A stretch of 57,951 nucleotides of DNA. Origin: an uncultured virus (IMG/VR IMGVR_UViG_3300002231_000541) (lineage: Duplodnaviria > Heunggongvirae > Uroviricota > Caudoviricetes). The translations under genes and the position numbers were made by a program. Under the pieces are notes generated by a model. The model ran no database searches and had not been told where the DNA came from. It saw only the letters and a program-made list of their open reading frames with translations. The stretch is taken from positions 62,001 through 119,951 of IMG/VR virus record IMGVR_UViG_3300002231_000541; one strand, written 5' to 3'. Below, piece by piece: positions 53,339 to 57,951 of the stretch. Within the stretch, counting starts at the first letter, position 1. Each line of letters begins with the position of its first letter.

Positions 53339-53519
53339 TAAACACATTGAGAATGTTTACGAAGAGTTATTCTTATTAAAATATCATGGAGGGTGGTCCT
53401 TTTTTGAGGCTTACAACCTTCCGGTTCAAATCCGCCAGTGGTTTATGAGAAGACTAGTCAAGCAATTCGAAAAAGAAAACAAAGCAATGGAAGATGCCAA
53501 AAGAAAATCTAAATCTTAG
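53313..53519 (+). CDS. Small tail/hub assembly protein (gp51-like); possibly a frameshift extension of the upstream gene
   Basis: YEELFLLKYHGGWSFFEAYNLPVQIRQWF; overlaps the upstream gene in the +1 frame. Confidence 0.6.
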   Translation: MRSSFGLSDKHIENVYEELFLLKYHGGWSFFEAYNLPVQIRQWFMRRLVKQFEKENKAMEDAKRKSKS

Positions 53520-53530
53520 GGCTACTTATG

Positions 53531-53570
53531 AAGCTGAAAGCTATTTTTAGTTTTCGGCTTTATTTTATTT
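53531..53570 (+). terminator. Probable intrinsic terminator
   Basis: AAGCTGAAAGCTA-TTTT-TAGTTTTCGGCTT followed by TATTTTATTT. Confidence 0.6.
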
Positions 53571-53575
53571 ATATA

Positions 53576-53583
53576 ACTATTTA
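53576..53583 (+). promoter_or_regulatory. Putative late promoter ACTATTTA
   Basis: After the terminator, before AGGAGG and TTG 53605. Confidence 0.6.
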
Positions 53584-53604
53584 TTATAACAGGAGGAGTC
53601 TGTC

Positions 53605-53955
53605 TTGGAACAACTCTTAAACGAAGACCAAGTTGTGCAAATTGAAATCGACTTGGAAGAATTAAAAAAGAACGAATTGAACGAAAGCTTTCTGTCGATG
53701 TTTGGCAGCTCCATCAAAATGATCTTAGACAGGATGTTTTCAGCTCCCCAGTCTTATCCCAGTTTTTACAAAGTCACAGGGTCTCGATCAGATGTCACTG
53801 CTTTCGCCCGCGCCCTTGGGAATGAGAAGAACTATCTGGAAGCAGCCTCAAAGTATGGATTAGATAATCCCCATACTTTTAAATCCAAAGCAGCACTCGA
53901 TAAAGCAATTCGAGGATTTGAAAAAGATACAGGTCTAAAGTGGCCATTTAAATAG
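53605..53955 (+). CDS. Hypothetical protein
   Basis: AGGAGG then TTG start; 116 aa ending FEKDTGLKWPFK. Confidence 0.65.
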   Translation: MEQLLNEDQVVQIEIDLEELKKNELNESFLSMFGSSIKMILDRMFSAPQSYPSFYKVTGSRSDVTAFARALGNEKNYLEAASKYGLDNPHTFKSKAALDKAIRGFEKDTGLKWPFK

Positions 53956-53968
53956 GAATTAAAGTTGG

Positions 53969-56251
53969 ATGGCTACAGAAGATCAAATTGAAAAATACAG
54001 GCGCCTCAATAAAGAAAGAGAGGCTGGCAAAGAGTTAACTGAAAAAGAGCTGGAATTCATGAAAGAATACCGAGCAGCACTTGAGGATAATGTCAACTAT
54101 CTAGCCGAACAGGTGGCTTTAATGGAGGAGCATGTCAGGCAGGCTGATACCTTAGTTGAAAAGCAGGAGCTGTCCATAGCGCTTAGAAAGAAAGAACTCC
54201 AGCTTGCCCAAAAACGCGAAGACTTAACTGCTGCTGAAATAGTGGCTCTAGATAAACAAATCCAGCAGCTGGATGAGTTAAAGAATCAAGCAAGAGAATT
54301 TGACACCTTATTTGATGGCCTCACGGGAGTATCGGCCAAATGGGAAAAGACGGCATTAGGTAAATTATTTACGCCGACAGGCCTCCAAGCCCTCTCAATG
54401 TCCTTCGCTCGTACTTTTACTATGGCCAATATGCTCGGGTCAGCCTTGATGAAGGTCCAAGAAGCAACAATTGGATTGACCCTAGGCACAGATAAAGCTC
54501 TTGTAGAGTTCAATAAAGCTACTGGAGCCACACGTCTGTACGGCGATCAAATTATAGCTCTTGAGCAAGATATGTACCGCTATGGCGTCAGCATCGATGA
54601 CGCAGCCCAGACCTATGGCGCTTTAGTAAAGCAAGTCACAGGATTCAATCAACTTTCAGCACAACAGCAAGCATCCATGGCAACAACCGTCAGCATGCTC
54701 AACGAATTGGGCGTCGACGCAAGTATCACAGCAGGCAATATCCAGACCATGACTCGTGTCATGGGTATCTCCGAGGAAGGAGCAGCGACCTTCTCCCGAG
54801 AAATGTTTACACTCGCCAAGTCAATTGGGATGCCCCCGGCAGAAATGGCACAAGCTTTTGAAGCGGCCTCTCCTCAAATGGCCAAGTTCGGCCAAGAAGG
54901 TACAGAAGTATTTAAGAAGCTGGCTGTTAATGCCCGTGCCGCTGCGATGGAAGTGCAGCAAATATTAAGCATTGTCGAGAAGTTCGACACCTTCGAGGGC
55001 GCCGCCGATTCGGTAGGAAAACTAAACGCTATCCTTGGCGGCCCATTCTTGAGTTCTTTGGAAATGGTTCAAGCTACTGACCCCACCGAAAGAATGAAGC
55101 TTCTTTCCGATGCCGCCAACGATGCCGGAAAAAGCTTTGACGAGATGGGATATTATGAGAGAATAGCTCTAACCGAAGCTATGGGCCTCAAAGATGTCTC
55201 GGAACTCGCTCTAGTCATGGCCGGAGACTTTGATCATATGGCCAATGCCACCAAGATGAATCAATCAGAGATGGCTGACCTGGCAAGGCAGCAACAAGAT
55301 TTTAACACACTTGCAGACGAAGCAACGCAGGTCGCTCGAATGTTTGCAATGCAATTAAAGCCACTAGTCGATATTGCTAAGTCGCTGATGCAGACTGTCC
55401 AAGATATAAATCACGCAATAGGCGGAAACCTTGTTCCCATCGTGATCTCTACGATCGCGGTCGTTAAAAGCCTCACTCTCGCCACCAGAGCATGGGCAGC
55501 TGCCACCACCCTGATAACCTCTCTTAAAACAGCCATGTCCGCAGCAACTGTCATAGCCAACTGCCGGCACCGCCGCCATCCATCCCCCTTACCTGCTGCA
55601 GCAGGAAGCACAGCCGCTGCCGCCTCTCCAGGCCTAGGTATGTTTGCCTTGGCTGCCCTTGCCGTAGGCGCCGCCGGCCTTATGATTGGCTTAGGCATCG
55701 GCGCCGCAGCAGCAGGTATGTCTCTGTTTATGACCGCTTTGACTGCTATTCCACCTGCTACTCTTATCCTATATGGGCCCGCCTTCTTGTCTCTCGCAAT
55801 GGGAGTCTCCGCCATGGCAATGGCATTCCAGTTACTTGCCCCTATGGCACCCCTCATCGCAGTTGTCGCAGGCGGACTCATGTTACTAGGCTGGGCGCTT
55901 TCTAGTATAGACTTCAGTAATCTGCAACCAGTAGCCGATCTTTTTGCCTCAATGGCAGATGCTATGAACGCCCCGATGGAAAACCTGGTAAAAATTCAAA
56001 GCACAATTAGTGAAATTTCGGATGCAATAAAATCAATTGATGATTTAGATAAGGCAATTGTTGTTAAGCAACTAATTGAAGCAGCATCAGGTCAAGTTAC
56101 GGCTACAGCCGGCCCTCGACCTTCTGCATCAACAGCCGCAGCCTCCAACTCTGGCGCGCCAGTTATTCTGCAGGTGGATTTGGGCGGCAACAGGGTTCTC
56201 ACCAAGGTTGTGGGACATGTGGTTGGTGGAATGATCAACCCCTTTAACTAG
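53969..56251 (+). CDS. Tape measure protein
   Basis: Long helical Ala-rich protein with a hydrophobic Gly/Ala stretch, located between tail chaperones and baseplate genes. Confidence 0.8.
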   Translation: MATEDQIEKYRRLNKEREAGKELTEKELEFMKEYRAALEDNVNYLAEQVALMEEHVRQADTLVEKQELSIALRKKELQLAQKREDLTAAEIVALDKQIQQLDELKNQAREFDTLFDGLTGVSAKWEKTALGKLFTPTGLQALSMSFARTFTMANMLGSALMKVQEATIGLTLGTDKALVEFNKATGATRLYGDQIIALEQDMYRYGVSIDDAAQTYGALVKQVTGFNQLSAQQQASMATTVSMLNELGVDASITAGNIQTMTRVMGISEEGAATFSREMFTLAKSIGMPPAEMAQAFEAASPQMAKFGQEGTEVFKKLAVNARAAAMEVQQILSIVEKFDTFEGAADSVGKLNAILGGPFLSSLEMVQATDPTERMKLLSDAANDAGKSFDEMGYYERIALTEAMGLKDVSELALVMAGDFDHMANATKMNQSEMADLARQQQDFNTLADEATQVARMFAMQLKPLVDIAKSLMQTVQDINHAIGGNLVPIVISTIAVVKSLTLATRAWAAATTLITSLKTAMSAATVIANCRHRRHPSPLPAAAGSTAAAASPGLGMFALAALAVGAAGLMIGLGIGAAAAGMSLFMTALTAIPPATLILYGPAFLSLAMGVSAMAMAFQLLAPMAPLIAVVAGGLMLLGWALSSIDFSNLQPVADLFASMADAMNAPMENLVKIQSTISEISDAIKSIDDLDKAIVVKQLIEAASGQVTATAGPRPSASTAAASNSGAPVILQVDLGGNRVLTKVVGHVVGGMINPFN

Positions 56252-56271
56252 GCATAAAAGGAAACAAAGAA

Positions 56272-57291
56272 ATGGCAAGCAACGAGAATAAACCCCCTCA
56301 ATACAATCCTCCCTTCTTTGGCCCCGGCAAACTGGATAAGAAGAAGAATCTTGTCTCAACCGACCGCATAAAAGGTTTCACCGATATAACAGATAGGTAT
56401 GCGAATCAAGGCTATTATATCGAATTTGAGTATCTGCATGGAGATCCTTCTGTTAACAAAGTGGCATTCAAAAGTTTTATTACAGACTATCAGGATAACT
56501 TCACTTCCAATTGGAATACGGAGGAGGTATATGGCCGCCCAGACCCTATTCACACCTTTCAAAATACAACTCGAACCATCAATTTAAGCTGGGATGTTCC
56601 CTCTGCTGACTTTATCGAAGCGGAGGCTAACGTAGCCAAAGCCTCTAAACTTATGAGGTTTCTTTACCCTTCCTATACTCAAGAGGGGAACACTTCGACG
56701 ATGACAAAGCCCCCGCTCTTGAGGTTAAAATTTACAAATCTTGTGAAAAAGAACTCAACACAGGGGCTTTTGGGAAAAGCATCGGGCTTCAGCTTTACTC
56801 CTGATGTCGACGCCGGCTGGTGGGATGGCAATCCTATAGATCCGGATGGCGGCCAAGGGCAACTTTATCCAAAGTTGTTAAAATTTACATGCGAGTTCTC
56901 CGTCATTCACGAACACCACTTAGGGTGGCATGACTGTGATGGTCAGTGGGAGGTAGTCTGCGGAGAGGATGGAATTGCCACACTAGATCCGGATAAGAAA
57001 GGTTGGCCCTATATCCCCTTCCGCTCCGTCTCCGGAGCAGATGCTATCCTCGGCCAGACCATTGTTACCAATGAAGATGGTACAACCCGGGCACTGCAGC
57101 AATCGAACGATTTTCGAGAGGCGAATAATTCCTTGAATAATGTTAAAAAGTCAAGCATGGGCGCCCAAGGCGCCACGACTTCAGATCAGACCAAGGCCAA
57201 AAACGCGGCAAATCCAAATCCAGAATCACAGCCTGCGGGACAGCCCGAAGCAGAAGAAGAAGCTGAAGCTCAAGGCCAATTAGGTAATTAA
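56272..57291 (+). CDS. Baseplate tail-tube initiator-like protein
   Basis: FKSFITDYQDNFTSNW...VYGRPDP..FQNTTRTINLSW...LYPSY...PPLLRL; follows tape measure. Confidence 0.65.
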   Translation: MASNENKPPQYNPPFFGPGKLDKKKNLVSTDRIKGFTDITDRYANQGYYIEFEYLHGDPSVNKVAFKSFITDYQDNFTSNWNTEEVYGRPDPIHTFQNTTRTINLSWDVPSADFIEAEANVAKASKLMRFLYPSYTQEGNTSTMTKPPLLRLKFTNLVKKNSTQGLLGKASGFSFTPDVDAGWWDGNPIDPDGGQGQLYPKLLKFTCEFSVIHEHHLGWHDCDGQWEVVCGEDGIATLDPDKKGWPYIPFRSVSGADAILGQTIVTNEDGTTRALQQSNDFREANNSLNNVKKSSMGAQGATTSDQTKAKNAANPNPESQPAGQPEAEEEAEAQGQLGN

Positions 57292-57305
57292 TAAGGAATT
57301 TAAAC

Positions 57306-57662
57306 ATGGGCAATCGATACGACAATAGAGTAATACGAACTAATGGGGAAAAAATCTACAAAGAGATTTTAGACGAGCGCGGGCTTAAGAAAGTAAAGCA
57401 ATATACCACTCCCGTTCTCAATGATTTGAGTCCCAAAAAAAGAAACTCTTTAGACAGGCTCCGCCACACTTGGACCATTGGAGATCGCCTGTACAAACTC
57501 GCAGCAGAATATTATGGAGACCCTGAAATGTGGTGGCTTATTGGCTGGTATAATCAAAAGCCCACAGAGGCTCATTTTAAAATTGGTGATACTGTCCTGA
57601 TTCCCCTTCCACTGGAAGAGATTTTGGGATATTATTACGAAAGCAAATCAAAGAGGGATTAA
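57306..57662 (+). CDS. LysM-like baseplate protein (P2 gpX / T4 gp53-like)
   Basis: HTWTIGDRLYKLAAEYYGDPEMWWLIGWYN...GDTVLIP. Confidence 0.75.
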   Translation: MGNRYDNRVIRTNGEKIYKEILDERGLKKVKQYTTPVLNDLSPKKRNSLDRLRHTWTIGDRLYKLAAEYYGDPEMWWLIGWYNQKPTEAHFKIGDTVLIPLPLEEILGYYYESKSKRD

Positions 57663-57664
57663 GA

Positions 57665-57951
57665 ATGGCCTACGGTAAAGAAGAAGTATCTACCAGCGCT
57701 TATTCTAAGCTATTGCGACTCCTCCCCGGACAAACTGATGGAGCTGGAAACGTTAGAGTGAAGACGTCTAGTCCATACATAGGCCGAGGTGAAGTAGATA
57801 TACTCATTCGCCGGAATTTTTGGGCCCTCTCTATGGAAGAAGCGGCTCAACAGCTTAGTAAAAAGTGGCCTAAAAAGAACACAGGAAAGCTCTTGGAAAT
57901 CTGTCGAGCCATAAAAGGGGGAGTAACACTTTCTAGCACAGCAGATTTAGG
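57665..57951 (+). CDS. Hypothetical protein, 3'-truncated
   Basis: ATG 57665 (MAYGKEEVSTSAY...) open to the window edge. Confidence 0.5.
   Translation, partial: MAYGKEEVSTSAYSKLLRLLPGQTDGAGNVRVKTSSPYIGRGEVDILIRRNFWALSMEEAAQQLSKKWPKKNTGKLLEICRAIKGGVTLSSTADL

Noticed and set aside
2880..55600. Numerous apparent frameshifts (near 2890, 5925, 21320-21380, 27660, 27890, 32683, 35310, 42375-42480, 42630, 44670-44750, 50645, 55560) as programmed recoding or pseudogenes
   Set aside because: Most are single extra bases in short homopolymers, they hit essential genes (sheath, neck), and the sequence contains 'n' calls. This pattern fits long-read consensus error; read polishing would settle it.
1..57951. 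Alternative genetic code (TAG or TGA reassignment) as in some large phages
   Set aside because: Core genes are full length under code 11, and TAG/TGA end genes at expected positions (capsid TAG, protease TGA).

Overview
All recognisable genes in this 58 kb window lie on the + strand. It is the virion-morphogenesis region of a large T4-like (myovirus-type, probably jumbo) bacteriophage using the standard genetic code. Gene order: large putative baseplate/virion proteins; RuvC-like resolvase, primase and a fused SbcD-SbcC (Mre11-Rad50); two paralogous fibre-like proteins; a holin/spanin-like cassette; terminase, portal, prohead protease, a phage-encoded ribosomal protein bS21, scaffold, major capsid and neck genes; a complete YeaH(vWA)-SpoVR-PrkA(AAA+) module translationally coupled to the neck genes; a ~1600 aa multi-LamG protein and a ~1280 aa acidic coiled-coil fibre, each preceded by a copy of the same structured non-coding element; then sheath, tube, tail chaperones, tape measure and baseplate genes. 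A recurring ACTA(T/A/C)TTA motif behaves like the late promoter. Many genes are split by single-base homopolymer insertions that look like long-read consensus errors. All product calls come from motif recognition and synteny, not database searches.
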